NCBI GenBank assembly: GCA_035573655.1
Contig: DATMAC010000107.1
Location: 1-56,656, forward strand
Direction: 5' to 3'
DNA length: 56,656 bases
Source: Thermoflexus sp.
GTDB taxonomy: Bacteria > Chloroflexota > Anaerolineae > Thermoflexales > Thermoflexaceae
Shown here: in pieces, positions 9,782-20,340 of the stretch
How the letters are laid out: every line of letters begins with the position of its first letter
Position numbering within the stretch: position 1 is the stretch's first letter
The notes under the pieces: generated by a model
What the model saw: the letters and a program-made list of their open reading frames with translations, nothing else
Database searches by the model: none
Told to the model about the DNA's origin: nothing
Made by a program: the position numbers and the translations under genes

Positions 9782-10987
9782 TCAGATCCGCACGATCAGT
9801 GGCTCAAAGGGAACTTGGTGCAAAGGCACGGCGCCCTCTTCGCGGATCAACGTGAGCGCTCCCAGCTGGAGCCCCATCCGTTCATCCGGCGTGATCGGGT
9901 TGGGTTGGATGACGATGGCCATGTTCCGCTCAAAACGCTGCCCTTCCGGGGCCGGACGGGCTTCGTCCCAAGGCCAGTATTGCGCGCAGGAGCGATCGAT
10001 CAAAGGCGGCATGATGTCGATCCCGAAGCCGTGGAGCAGGTCATCGTAGATCGTATAGCCGGCCTCTCCGATGACGGAGGCGGCTCGAACGGCGTCTCTT
10101 TCGCAGGCGCCGGGGCGGAGCGCCGTTGCGATCCGGCGATAGGCGTCCAGGGCCACCTCGAACAGCCGCTGCCACGCTGGGGAGGGATCGGCGCCGACGA
10201 ACAGGGGACGATGGATCTGCCCGGAATATCCCCCGTAGGAGGCGCTGATCTCCGTGAGCACCACATCGCCGCGCTCGATAACCCGCCCGATTGGGTTCTG
10301 GGCCGGCGCGCACCCGTTCGGCCGATCCATCGGCATGGCCCGGATGTAGGTCACGTGGGGGGTGCCCCCCTGCCCCCGGAAGGCGCCCTCGGCGATCTCC
10401 ACCAGGGCGTAATCCGGGATCCCCGGTCGGATCTTCTCCCACAGCGCGTAGATCGCCTGGTCGGTGAGGGCCGCCGCCCGGCGCAATCGAGCGATCTCTT
10501 CCTCGGATTTCACCTCCCGCAACCGGACGAACTCCGCTGTCACGTCCACGAGCTCCAGATGCGGCAAAGACTCCCGGAGATGCAGATAGTGCGTGTAAGG
10601 CATGCCGATCCCGAATTTCGCATTGACTCCCACCAGCCCTAAGCGCCCTCGGGTGAGGCCGAAGCGCTGCAGATGCTCGACGATGCGTGCGGAGAGGTGA
10701 TAGCCTCCCCATTCCACCCGGCGCACGAAGCTCACCTCACGGGCGCTCGCCACATGGTTGGCCAGGCCCACCCAGAGGACCGGCTCGATCTCCTCATCGA
10801 GAGGCGCGAAGAGATAACAGTGATGCCAGTCCATGTAGTCGGTGAGCCAGAACACGTTCGCTTGGTTGTGGCGGTGGACGCCGGAGTTGCCGTGGATCAG
10901 CAGGCCGATCAACCCGTGGCGTTGCATGAGGTCGCGGGCCAGCCGCCAGCGACGGTTCATCTCGGCTTCGGAGAACGGTTCCACCAT
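9782..10987 (-). CDS. M24-fold (creatinase/ectoine hydrolase-like) hydrolase
   Basis: R.VKSEEEI, GDVV.TEIS.SYGGY and HGFG; likely start MVEPFSEAE at 10987. Confidence 0.8.
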   Translation of the reverse strand: MVEPFSEAEMNRRWRLARDLMQRHGLIGLLIHGNSGVHRHNQANVFWLTDYMDWHHCYLFAPLDEEIEPVLWVGLANHVASAREVSFVRRVEWGGYHLSARIVEHLQRFGLTRGRLGLVGVNAKFGIGMPYTHYLHLRESLPHLELVDVTAEFVRLREVKSEEEIARLRRAAALTDQAIYALWEKIRPGIPDYALVEIAEGAFRGQGGTPHVTYIRAMPMDRPNGCAPAQNPIGRVIERGDVVLTEISASYGGYSGQIHRPLFVGADPSPAWQRLFEVALDAYRRIATALRPGACERDAVRAASVIGEAGYTIYDDLLHGFGIDIMPPLIDRSCAQYWPWDEARPAPEGQRFERNMAIVIQPNPITPDERMGLQLGALTLIREEGAVPLHQVPFEPLIVRI

Positions 10988-11130
10988 CGCGCCATCCCTC
11001 CCCAAAAGCTCGGATGGCATTCCGAGACATACGGATTTCGCCAGCGAGGTCAACTGCTTGAATGCGCCTTTCACATCTCCCTGTGGGCCGCGGGCGCACA
11101 ACCCGCAATTGGGGGTTCGGAGCGGAGCCT

Positions 11131-12201
11131 CTATCCCCACCTTGGATCAGTGAGGTGCTCCTGGATCCAATCGGCTGCCAGCGGCCTGTATTTATAGGGG
11201 ATGTTGTTGCAAACGTGGTTCCCCTCCGGATACATCACCAAGGTCCCGTTGGGCAGCTCAGCGACCGTCTGCTCCGCCTGCGTCCAGGGGATCAAGCGAT
11301 CCTGCTGGCCGAAGATCACCAAGACGGGCTGGCGCACTTGGTGGAGGATGCCGCGCAAGGTGAGCATCGCCGCACGGCGCTGGCCCTCCGCCTCATCGCG
11401 CGCGCCGGCGTGATGGATAAACGCCTCCTTCGTTAGGGCGGGTAGCCCGGGCCAGCAGGCGCCGAAGTCGTAGGGGCCGCCGATGGCGACGACCGCCCGG
11501 ATACGTGGCTCGAAGGCGGCGCTCCGCAAGGCGTAGTAGCCACCCAGGCTGACCCCCACAACCCCTACCCGCTCCAGGTCCAAGTCGGAACGGTCGGCCA
11601 GGGTATCCAGGGCCGCCCGGACGGCGACCTCGTAATCCGGGCGGATCCGGGTGGTCTCCCGCGCCTCGCCCTGGCCGGGCCCGTCCAGGGAGAAAGTGGC
11701 CATGCCTCGAACCAGAAACACTTCCTCCCAGTGGAAGAACTCCTCCTTGGTTGAGTCCAGGCCGGGTAGCAGCAGCACCAAGGGAGGGCGCTCGCGATCA
11801 CGTGGCCGGCGCAGGTTTCCGACCAGCCGCGTCCCCTCAAAGGGGATCTCCACCCGCTCGGCGGTGGGATCCAGATGGCGATGGGCCGCGTAGAGGGCCT
11901 TGACGGCGCACTGGTGAGCTGCGCGTCGCCGCTCGAGATCGACCAGCCAGAGGAACTGGGCGAAATGGTAACAGAGGGCCGCCCGCACATAGGCCTCCCC
12001 AGCCGTTCGGCTCCGGCCTCGGGCCTCGGCCTCCCGAGCAAGGGCCTCGTGCATGTGGGCGGTTTCGCACCAAGCCTCCAGCCACTGCTCCCACCGCTCG
12101 ATGCGGGCGGTGGTGCGGAGGAAATCGTTCACATCCACTCCCTGGGCTACGAAGCGGGGCATCCAGTGTTCAATAGCTGCCTGAACCCGCGGATCCGGCA
12201 T
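11131..12201 (-). CDS. Alpha/beta hydrolase resembling 2,6-dihydroxypseudooxynicotine hydrolase
   Basis: PGLDSTKEE, DGPGQGE, GVSLGGYYA nucleophile elbow and EGNHVC. Confidence 0.8.
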   Translation of the reverse strand: MPDPRVQAAIEHWMPRFVAQGVDVNDFLRTTARIERWEQWLEAWCETAHMHEALAREAEARGRSRTAGEAYVRAALCYHFAQFLWLVDLERRRAAHQCAVKALYAAHRHLDPTAERVEIPFEGTRLVGNLRRPRDRERPPLVLLLPGLDSTKEEFFHWEEVFLVRGMATFSLDGPGQGEARETTRIRPDYEVAVRAALDTLADRSDLDLERVGVVGVSLGGYYALRSAAFEPRIRAVVAIGGPYDFGACWPGLPALTKEAFIHHAGARDEAEGQRRAAMLTLRGILHQVRQPVLVIFGQQDRLIPWTQAEQTVAELPNGTLVMYPEGNHVCNNIPYKYRPLAADWIQEHLTDPRWG

Positions 12202-12238
12202 GCGCTTCCTCCTCAACACGGGTGGCCTGTTGGCCGGG

Positions 12239-13834
12239 CTACCGGGACGGCGGAGCTTTTAAGATGGCCTCCGCGGGCATCCCCAGGTCGTCCAGGAGCA
12301 CCCAGGCCGCGTTCCGGCCGGGGCCGGCGGTGACGGAGCCGCCGGGATGGGTGGTCGCTCCGGTCTGATAGAGGCCGGGGATCGGCATGCGGTGGGAGGC
12401 CCAGCCGGGGACCGGACGCATTTCATCCGATTGGGCGGGCGAGAGATCCCCCCCGTGGCAGGTCCCGTGCCAGTTATGGGGGTTGCGCCGCTCCAGATCC
12501 AGCGGGCTCTCGACGTAGCGGCCGATGATGAGCTCCTCCCGCAAGTTAGGGGCAAAACGAGAGAGGTAAGCGAACAGCTGCTGGGCCACTTCCTCTTTGA
12601 TCGTATCCCATCGAGAGGGCCCTCCATCTGCGAGCTCATAGGGAAGGAACGAGACCACCTTCAGGGTATGGCCGCCCTCCGGCGCCCGGCTCCGATCGAC
12701 CACGGAGGGAGTGAGAACGAGCAGAACGGGCGTGTCCAAGTGCAGTTGCCCCCGCTGGAAGTCGCTCATCAGGCGGAGGAGGTTATCCACAGATCCCGCG
12801 ATCCCTGCCGTGGCCACAGGGACCCGCTCGCCGTTCAGGGGGTAGAGAGGAGGTTCCCGCAGGGCGTAGTGAGCGACGAACATCGTGAAGCCCGCCTGCC
12901 ACTGGGCGACGCCCCGGCGGAACTCCTCTCCCCACGCCGATGCAGGAGCCATCTCCACCAGGTGCTTGATGTGGATGGAAGAGACCACCGCATGGCGGGC
13001 CCGATAGGTATGGCCAGCCGCCGTCCGCACCCCGACGCAGCGCCCCCCTTCGATCAAGAGCTCCGTCACCCACTCGCCGGTCCGGATCTCCCCCCCATGC
13101 TCCCGGATGAAGGTAGCCAGGGCGGCCGGCAACGTGCCCGCCCCGCCCGCGGGCAGGGTCCAGGAATTGGCTTGGCGGCCGTGGGGCAACGCATATGCCA
13201 GGCGCCCGGTGTACGGCCGATCCACTGGCTGCAAGGTCATGAAGGCCAGCCAGAGCATGAACGCCCGCACGTGATCATCCTCGAAGTATTCCTGGATCAC
13301 CTCCAGGGCGCTCTGTCGATAGCGGCGCTTCCAGTAGCCCCCATTCGGCCGCTCCGCCAGCCGCTCCTCTAAGGACGGGCCGTAGCCGATGGGGGTGTAA
13401 CGATGATCGTTGAAGATCTCTTTCACCTGTTCATATTCAGCGATGAGCTCCAGATAGGCCTCGGCGTCCCGGCGGGAGAACCGGGCGATCTCGGCAGCGG
13501 TGCGTTGCCGATCCCGCCACATGGTCAGGCTGGTCCCGTCTTCGAACGGCATGGTGACGACGGGATCGGGATACAGAAAGCGAAGGTGCCGCCGCAGGTC
13601 CAGCTCATCGTTGCGGATCGTGGGGCTGCTCTGGAAGAGCTCGAAGGCGGTGGCGCACGGGTCATGCCGGAATCCGGGCACTGTCAGTTCCTCGGTGGTG
13701 GTGTCGCCGCCGAGGACCTCGCGCCCCTCCACGACCAGCACCCGCAGCCCCGCCTTGGCGAGGTAGGCTGCGCAGGCGAGCCCGTTGTGCCCGCCCCCGG
13801 CCACCACTACGTCGAACTCCACGACCTCGCCCAT
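12239..13834 (-). CDS. Phytoene dehydrogenase-like FAD-dependent oxidoreductase
   Basis: GGGHNGLACAAYLA Rossmann start; GLYQTGATTHPGGSVTAGPGRNAA end. Confidence 0.88.
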   Translation of the reverse strand: MGEVVEFDVVVAGGGHNGLACAAYLAKAGLRVLVVEGREVLGGDTTTEELTVPGFRHDPCATAFELFQSSPTIRNDELDLRRHLRFLYPDPVVTMPFEDGTSLTMWRDRQRTAAEIARFSRRDAEAYLELIAEYEQVKEIFNDHRYTPIGYGPSLEERLAERPNGGYWKRRYRQSALEVIQEYFEDDHVRAFMLWLAFMTLQPVDRPYTGRLAYALPHGRQANSWTLPAGGAGTLPAALATFIREHGGEIRTGEWVTELLIEGGRCVGVRTAAGHTYRARHAVVSSIHIKHLVEMAPASAWGEEFRRGVAQWQAGFTMFVAHYALREPPLYPLNGERVPVATAGIAGSVDNLLRLMSDFQRGQLHLDTPVLLVLTPSVVDRSRAPEGGHTLKVVSFLPYELADGGPSRWDTIKEEVAQQLFAYLSRFAPNLREELIIGRYVESPLDLERRNPHNWHGTCHGGDLSPAQSDEMRPVPGWASHRMPIPGLYQTGATTHPGGSVTAGPGRNAAWVLLDDLGMPAEAILKAPPSR

Positions 13835-13944
13835 TGCGCCCCCTTATCGGAGAATGTCTCACCCGGATCGGGAAGGTGCCTCTCTCTCTGTCTCCCCGAA
13901 TGCGCCCCAACGCGGCCTGAACCTCAGGCCGTGCACGCCCACGT

Positions 13945-14319
13945 TCACTGGTCATCGGTGATCCAGACGGTTTCCTTGGGAGGCGGCACCCACAGCTCCA
14001 CGAAGGCGAAATCCGCATCCGTGTCGTTCTCGAACCAGTGGACCTCCCCAGGACCAACGATCGCGACTTCCCCTCGGGAGAGCCGGACGGTCTCCGTCCC
14101 GGTGCGGAGAAGCCCGCAGCCTTCCAACACCCAGAACAGATGAATGCAATCGGTGTGGTAGTGCTTCGCTGACGTATCGCCAGGATGATAGCGGATACGA
14201 TCGGCCCGCAGGCGTTTCGCGCCTACCGACCCATGCTCGGTGATCAGATCCAGACGGTCCCGGGTGTCCCGGGTGGACGTCCAGTGCGTCAACTGTTCTT
14301 TCGGAAACACTTTGGCCAT
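13945..14319 (-). CDS. Cupin-domain protein
   Basis: HYH...H.FWVLEG and GEVHWFEN metal-binding cupin motifs. Confidence 0.8.
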   Translation of the reverse strand: MAKVFPKEQLTHWTSTRDTRDRLDLITEHGSVGAKRLRADRIRYHPGDTSAKHYHTDCIHLFWVLEGCGLLRTGTETVRLSRGEVAIVGPGEVHWFENDTDADFAFVELWVPPPKETVWITDDQ

Positions 14320-14320
14320 G

Positions 14321-15313
14321 TCATCCCCCTAAGCGGAACAGGCGCGCTGCGTTCCCTCCCAAGATGGCCTCCTCCTGCTCCCGAGGGAGGCCCAAGCTCC
14401 GGATGAAGGCCACCGGCTCCTCTAAGCCCATGTCGAAGGGGGAGTCGGATCCCAACAGAACGCGGTCCGCTCCAGCGAAGGCGATCAGTGCCCGCAGCAC
14501 ATCCGGGTCGTGGGTGAGAGCATCAAAGTAGAATCGGCGGAGCGAGACTTCGGGGGCCTCTTGAAGCCGCTGGCGGGCCTCGGGCCGCTGTTGCCACGCC
14601 CGGTGGAGCCGGCCCTTCAGGCTGAGCAAAGCGCCCCCACCATGAGCGAGCACGATCTTCAAACGGGGATGGCGCTCCAACACCCCAGCCATCACCAGAT
14701 GGGCGGCGGCGATGGCGGTCTCCAGCGGATTGCCCACCGCGTTCCAGAGGTAGTAATCTTGGAGCGCCGGTGACAAAAGGCCCCGCGTGGTCGGGTGTAT
14801 GAAAACTACAGCACCCAGTGCCTCGGCAGCAGCCCAGAACGGCTCCCAGCGGTCATGGCCTAAGGGCTCCCCCTGCACCTGAGCGGGGAATTCCACGCCG
14901 ACCATCCCGGGCTCCCGCAGCAGGACCTCCAGCTCCTGGGCCGCGCGCTCCGGATCGTGGAGCGGAACAAACCCCAGCGCCCGCAGGCGGTCCGGATATC
15001 GTTGGACCTCCCGGGCCAGCGCCTCGTTGACGACACGTGCGACCCGCAGCGCCTCCTCCGGCCCGCCATCATCCCGCAGCAGGGCGATCCAGGGCGAAAG
15101 CACGGTGATCTGAATCCCCGCCGCTGCCTGAGCCTCCAAGAGGGCCTCGAGGTCGACGAAAGGGCGGACGATGGAGGTGAGCAGCCGTCCGCCGACCTCG
15201 ACTCGCTCTCGCCCCCCATCCCAGACCACGCGGGGGCGCCAGGTTTCATGGGGAGCCGCCTCCTGCGTCAGCTCGCGGACAAGGATATGGGCGTGGACAT
15301 CGATGACCTTCAT
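14321..15313 (-). CDS. Amidohydrolase_2 protein, ACMSD-like decarboxylase/hydratase
   Basis: IDVHAH, FIHP, AHGGG and GSDSPFDMG; start MKVIDVH at 15313. Confidence 0.85.
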   Translation of the reverse strand: MKVIDVHAHILVRELTQEAAPHETWRPRVVWDGGRERVEVGGRLLTSIVRPFVDLEALLEAQAAAGIQITVLSPWIALLRDDGGPEEALRVARVVNEALAREVQRYPDRLRALGFVPLHDPERAAQELEVLLREPGMVGVEFPAQVQGEPLGHDRWEPFWAAAEALGAVVFIHPTTRGLLSPALQDYYLWNAVGNPLETAIAAAHLVMAGVLERHPRLKIVLAHGGGALLSLKGRLHRAWQQRPEARQRLQEAPEVSLRRFYFDALTHDPDVLRALIAFAGADRVLLGSDSPFDMGLEEPVAFIRSLGLPREQEEAILGGNAARLFRLGG

Positions 15314-15491
15314 ATGGCTCGCCACCCTAATCGGATCAAACCCGTCAGCAGGAGCGCGTTGGTCCAGATGAGTGGAAATCATCGCAAAGAGCGGACGTCA
15401 ATGTCCAGGTCGGCTCAGCGGTTCACGCCCTGGGAAATGACAAATCCCATCGTGGAAAGCATCGCCCCTAGGATCCCTATCGCAACTCTTA

Positions 15492-16493
15492 CTAATCCCA
15501 ATCCAGCAAGCGGGGGAGGCGCCCTCGCTCCCGCAACGCGCCGATGATGCCTCCAGGGAAGAAGAGCACGATCAGGATCATCAGGAGGCCGGTTGCCGTG
15601 ATGTTCAATTCCGTTGAGCCGAGCTGGTTGACGACCAACTCGTCCAAGCCAATTCGCAAAGCGGCCCCCAAAACCGGACCGGCCACAGTCCCGCGGCCAC
15701 CGACCAAGTTGATGAGCACCAGATCCGCTGCAGCCCCGATGGTCAGGAAGATCGTCGGCCGGAGGTAGGTCTGGTGGTAGCCCCACAGCGCGCCGCAAAC
15801 CCCAGCGAAGAAGGCGCTGATCGCGAAGGCGATGATCTTACACATACTGGTGTGGACCCCTGCGACCTCAGCTTTGACCTCATCCATCGCGATCGCCCGC
15901 AGGAAGAGCCCAAGCTTAGAATGCCGGATTCGGTAGGAGGTCCACACGGCGGCCAAGGCGGTGATTAACATTCCATAGTAGAAAGGGATCTTATAGAACC
16001 GATAGGGCCAGCCGATCATCGGCAAGCTGAGCCCGTTCGACCCTCCGACCCATTCCCAGTTGTCCAGGACCAGGCGGGCGAGGAGGAGGAGGGCGATGGT
16101 GGAGATCACAAAGGCCGGGCCGCGGGTCCGCAGCGTGATCAGCCCGATGACCAGCCCGAAAAGGGTGGCCATCAGCCCCGCCAAAGGGGCGGTCCAGAAG
16201 GGGGACCAGCCGCGGTAAACCAGGAGGACTCCTGAGAAATAGGCCCCGAGCGCGAAGAAGACCGGATGACCCAGGGAGGTGTAGCCCGCGTAGCCGCCGA
16301 TGATGTTCCACCCCGAGGCCAGGGCGATATACATAAAGATGACTGTGAGTACATGTAAAACATAATTGTAGCCGTCGGTGATCACCTGAACGACCGGAAG
16401 GAGGAGAAGCCCCACCGTCAGGCCTGCGAGGATAAGGGATCGGGCCTCGAGCGGGGAAGAGGTTGCGGCTCGGGTCTGATCCAGCAGTGCCAT
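15492..16493 (-). CDS. Branched-chain amino acid-type ABC permease (LivM-like)
   Basis: WNIIGGYAGYTSLGH, LRTRG and GG.GTVAGP. Confidence 0.9.
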   Translation of the reverse strand: MALLDQTRAATSSPLEARSLILAGLTVGLLLLPVVQVITDGYNYVLHVLTVIFMYIALASGWNIIGGYAGYTSLGHPVFFALGAYFSGVLLVYRGWSPFWTAPLAGLMATLFGLVIGLITLRTRGPAFVISTIALLLLARLVLDNWEWVGGSNGLSLPMIGWPYRFYKIPFYYGMLITALAAVWTSYRIRHSKLGLFLRAIAMDEVKAEVAGVHTSMCKIIAFAISAFFAGVCGALWGYHQTYLRPTIFLTIGAAADLVLINLVGGRGTVAGPVLGAALRIGLDELVVNQLGSTELNITATGLLMILIVLFFPGGIIGALRERGRLPRLLDWD

Positions 16494-16494
16494 C

Positions 16495-17367
16495 TCATCC
16501 CTCCTTCCGCCCGAAGAGCCCCTGGGGCCGCAGCAGCAGCACCAGGAAGAGCGCTGCGTAGAAAGTGGCTGGCGACCACGTAGGGCCCAGGGCCGAGCTC
16601 ACGTACACGGAGGTCACTGCCAGCACCATGGCGCCGACCACTGTCCCAATTAGGCTTCCCATCCCTCCCAGCACCACCAAGGAGAGCAAGCTGGCGATCC
16701 ACTGCCAGTGCTTGCCCGGGAAGAAGGGGGAGAGGAAGCTGAGTAGGGACCCTGAGATCCCCGCCGAGGCCATCCCCAGTCCGAAGGCGAGGGCGGAGAT
16801 CCCCTCCACGTCGACCCCAACGATCTGGGCCGCGGTCCGGTTCTGCATCGTCGCTCGGATCGCCCGACCAATTCGGGTCCGGTGCAGGAAGAGCCATAAG
16901 GCCAGCAGCATCCCAAGGCTTACCCCCGTGGCATACATCTGGCCCTCCGGAATATAGAACGAACCCAGGCTGAGGGACCGGGTCGCGTATGCGGGATTGG
17001 CCGCCCGATAGATCCCGGTCCACCAGGCTCCCATCAGGCCCTCCACCCCCATGGCCAAGCCAAAGGAGAGCAGAAGCGTGGCCTCGGTGTAGCGGGGGCG
17101 GCCCGCCAGAGGAACGAACAGCGTCCGGTAAAGGAGGATCCCGATGGCGAAAAACAGCGGCCCGTTGATGAAAATGGACAACAAGGGATCGAGGTGGAGG
17201 ATCCGGAAAGCCCAGTAAGCCACATAGGCCCCCAAGACCATGAAGGCCGCGTGGGCGAGGTTGAGGATCCGCATCACCCCGTAGGTCAAGGAGACACCGA
17301 TGGCCATCAGGGCGTACACGCCCCCTAGAGCCAGTCCCAGGATCAAGACCTGAAGCCCTTGGCTCAT
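16495..17367 (-). CDS. Branched-chain amino acid-type ABC permease (LivH-like)
   Basis: YGVMRILNLAH, GRAIRA, VVLGGMGS and RPQGLFG; start MSQG at 17367. Confidence 0.9.
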   Translation of the reverse strand: MSQGLQVLILGLALGGVYALMAIGVSLTYGVMRILNLAHAAFMVLGAYVAYWAFRILHLDPLLSIFINGPLFFAIGILLYRTLFVPLAGRPRYTEATLLLSFGLAMGVEGLMGAWWTGIYRAANPAYATRSLSLGSFYIPEGQMYATGVSLGMLLALWLFLHRTRIGRAIRATMQNRTAAQIVGVDVEGISALAFGLGMASAGISGSLLSFLSPFFPGKHWQWIASLLSLVVLGGMGSLIGTVVGAMVLAVTSVYVSSALGPTWSPATFYAALFLVLLLRPQGLFGRKEG

Positions 17368-18110
17368 GCACGCACCTCCGGGTTCGCCAAGGCCAACCGG
17401 CCGAGATACAGCTCTTGCAATCGGGGATCCCGGATCACCTCCGGAGCCGGCCCTTCGAAGGAGAGACGTCCCATATCCAGCACGTAGCCCCAATCGGCGT
17501 AGGCGAGGCCTTTGCGCACATTCTGCTCGACGATAATGATGGTGATCCCGCGTTCCTTGAGATGGCAGATGGTCTCGAAGATCCGATCGACAACCAGAGG
17601 GGCCAGGCCCAGGCTGGGCTCGTCCAGCATCATCACCCGGGGTTGGATCATCAAGCCCCGGGCGATGGCCACCATCTGCTGCTCGCCGCCTGACAAGGCG
17701 CCAGCCCGTTGATCGAGCTTCCGCTGGATCTCTGGGAAGAGGGCGAGGACTTCCTCCATCCGCCGGGATATCTGGCGTCGGTCCCGCTCGATGTAGGCCC
17801 CCATCAGCAGGTTCTCTCGCACCGTCATATCGGGGAAGAGGCAGCGGTCTTGGGGGATCAGGCAGGCGCCGAGCGCCAGGATTTGATCCGGCCGCATCCC
17901 AGAGATCACCTTCCCATCCAGGAGCACCCGTCCCGAGCGGGGGCGGAGCAGCCCGGCGATGACCCGGAGCAGAGTGGATTTGCCGGCGCCGTTCGGGCCG
18001 ATCAAGCAGTGGATTAAGCCGGCCTCGAACCGAACGGAGATCCCGTTCAGGATGTCCGGCCCCATACCGTAGCCGGCGGTGACTTTCTCCAATTCCAGGA
18101 TCACCATCAT
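17364..18110 (-). CDS. ABC ATPase (LivF-like)
   Basis: GPNGAGKST, LSGGEQQM and LDEPSLGLAP. Confidence 0.92.
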   Translation of the reverse strand: MMVILELEKVTAGYGMGPDILNGISVRFEAGLIHCLIGPNGAGKSTLLRVIAGLLRPRSGRVLLDGKVISGMRPDQILALGACLIPQDRCLFPDMTVRENLLMGAYIERDRRQISRRMEEVLALFPEIQRKLDQRAGALSGGEQQMVAIARGLMIQPRVMMLDEPSLGLAPLVVDRIFETICHLKERGITIIIVEQNVRKGLAYADWGYVLDMGRLSFEGPAPEVIRDPRLQELYLGRLALANPEVRA

Positions 18111-18841
18111 GCAGCTCCTAGATAAGCGTCGAGCACCTGAGGATCCCGCTGGATCGCCTCAGGGGGGCCTTGACGAAGCACTTCTCCATGGGCCATCACC
18201 ACGACTTGGTGGCTGAGGTTCATCACCACGTCCATGTTGTGCTCGATAATGAGGAACGTCATGCCAGCCTGGTTCAGCCGTTGGATGCGCTCCAGGATCT
18301 CCTCCAGCAATGCAGGGTTCACGCCGGCCGCGGGCTCATCCAACATGACCAGCTGAGGATCCGCCATCAGCGCCCCCGCGAGCTCAAGAAGCTTCTTCTG
18401 ACCGTAAGACAGCTTCCCAGCCTTCTCGCGGGCCATGGCGGCCAAGCCGACGAACTCCAGGAGCGCCATGGCCCGCTCCGCCTCATGTCGGAGGATGCTT
18501 CCCCGGACGAGCCCTACGAGTCCGTCCCGCGCGGCATGCACCACCACATTTTCCAGGACGGTTAGCTCGGCCAGCTCCCGGCTGATCTGGAACGTCCGCG
18601 CGATACCCAGCCGGGCGATCCGGTGGGGCGGCAGGCCCGTGATGTCCCGGCCCTGGAAATAGATCCGTCCGGAGGTAGGCCGGAGCAGTCCGGTGATCAG
18701 GTTGAAGACGGTAGTCTTCCCCGCCCCATTGGGCCCGATCAACGCGGTGATGCTCCCCGGCTCGACGGTGAAGGAGCAGCGGTTCACCGCCCGCAGGCCT
18801 CCGAAATCCTTAGTTAGATCGCGGACCTCCAGCAACGCCAT
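18107..18841 (-). CDS. ABC ATPase (LivG-like)
   Basis: GPNGAGKTT, LSYGQ and LDEPAAG. Confidence 0.92.
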   Translation of the reverse strand: MALLEVRDLTKDFGGLRAVNRCSFTVEPGSITALIGPNGAGKTTVFNLITGLLRPTSGRIYFQGRDITGLPPHRIARLGIARTFQISRELAELTVLENVVVHAARDGLVGLVRGSILRHEAERAMALLEFVGLAAMAREKAGKLSYGQKKLLELAGALMADPQLVMLDEPAAGVNPALLEEILERIQRLNQAGMTFLIIEHNMDVVMNLSHQVVVMAHGEVLRQGPPEAIQRDPQVLDAYLGAA

Positions 18842-18878
18842 CGCCTCCCTCCGAATCCCCCGCCCGGGGTTGTGTGCT

Positions 18879-20258
18879 TCACCACTGCAATGTCGGCCAC
18901 TGCAGATCCACTACGCCAGGGAACTCCCCTAGGGGATAGATGAACTTAAGCTCGCCGTTCTGCCATTGGGTGACAAGATAATCTCGCCCAATCGGCAAGC
19001 CCCGTTCGTCCCAGTAGAAATCCCCCATGATGGTCTTGACGGGGTTGTCCTTGGTGCGCGCGGCCAGCCAATCCCGGATCGCCTTGTTGTCGGTGGAGCC
19101 CACGGCCCGCACGGCCTGCTCCAGCCCCTGGCAGACGGCGAAGGGGATGGCCTCATCCTCATCAGGGACCCGTCCGTATTTCGCCTGGAACGCCTGGATG
19201 AAGTCTTGGTTGCTGAAGGGCTGGCCGGCCAGCAGCCCCACGTAGGGCACGAGGGGATGCCATGAGGCGTGGATGATGATGCCGTTCACCGTGTCTGCCC
19301 CCAGCGCTTCCTTGAACTCGGCTTGCGTTCCCTGGGCCGTATAGAGCACCTTCGGCTTGAAGCCCACTGTCTTCAGAGCCCGCACGAACTGGATGATATC
19401 ATCGGGGGAGCCGGAGGCGGCCATTACTAAATCGGGATTGCTGGCCTTGACCGCGTTCGCCAAGGTCAGCCAATCGGTGAAGCCCTCTGGCCACTTCTGG
19501 GTAAACACCACCTGGATGCCGGCCTCGGCCAAAAATCCCGGCGCCAGGTCGATCACCTTGTCCGTCCCCGGGATCTCCACCTTCCCCCCCAGAAGTCCGG
19601 TGGCGATGGCATTGCCGTAAAACTCATCGGCATGCACCACCGCGGCGGTCTTCGGGAATTCCCCTGCCGGGATGATCCCTTTGTCCCGGTAAGCTGCAAG
19701 GGCTCGCAGAGGAGCGTTGCCGATGTACTCCACCGCGTTCTGCTGGAAATAAAAGATGTATTTGAACCCCCGCTCCCAGATGCGGAGCGCCCCGCCGGAG
19801 GGAATGGGGTAAACATACCCAGCCTTCTCCGCCACCGCCGAGGCGGCGAAATTCAGGCGGCTCGCGAACGTGCCCAGGAGCAGGTCGACTTTCTCCACAT
19901 TGATGAACCGCTCATACTGCGAGACTGTGACCTCGTTGTCCGAGCGGTTGTCCTCTACCAAGAGCTCGACGGGCCGCCCCAGCAAGCCCCCTTTCTGGTT
20001 GATCAGGTCCACGCAGAGCTGATACCCATCCCGATGTTTGGTCCCCGCGATCGCCAGATCACCGGTGAGGGGAACCGAAAGGCCGATGCGGATGGGCTTG
20101 GCGGCAGCGGTCGGAGTCGCTGGGGCTGGAGTGGGGGTAGCCGCAGCTGGCGAGGCTACCGTTGGAGTAGCGGGGGCTGCGACAGGGGTTGGCGTCGCCC
20201 CCGCGCAGGCGCTGAAGAGAAGAGCCAAAACCGAAATCACAAGCCGAATTGCCTTCAT
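18879..20258 (-). CDS. LivK-type substrate-binding lipoprotein
   Basis: Lipobox FSAC, P/T/A linker, IRIG.SVPLTG and INQKGGLLGRPVEL. Confidence 0.88.
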   Translation of the reverse strand: MKAIRLVISVLALLFSACAGATPTPVAAPATPTVASPAAATPTPAPATPTAAAKPIRIGLSVPLTGDLAIAGTKHRDGYQLCVDLINQKGGLLGRPVELLVEDNRSDNEVTVSQYERFINVEKVDLLLGTFASRLNFAASAVAEKAGYVYPIPSGGALRIWERGFKYIFYFQQNAVEYIGNAPLRALAAYRDKGIIPAGEFPKTAAVVHADEFYGNAIATGLLGGKVEIPGTDKVIDLAPGFLAEAGIQVVFTQKWPEGFTDWLTLANAVKASNPDLVMAASGSPDDIIQFVRALKTVGFKPKVLYTAQGTQAEFKEALGADTVNGIIIHASWHPLVPYVGLLAGQPFSNQDFIQAFQAKYGRVPDEDEAIPFAVCQGLEQAVRAVGSTDNKAIRDWLAARTKDNPVKTIMGDFYWDERGLPIGRDYLVTQWQNGELKFIYPLGEFPGVVDLQWPTLQW

Positions 20259-20340
20259 GGTCCACCTCCTTTCCTGCTGGGATTTGCAGAGACAGCATGG
20301 ATCCGCTCGAAGGCCGAGCGATCCACGGCCGGCCTGTGGC

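Noticed and set aside
12239-13834. Carotenoid biosynthesis (crtI)
   Set aside because: Only the general flavoprotein fold matches; no crtB/crtE nearby and the context is catabolic
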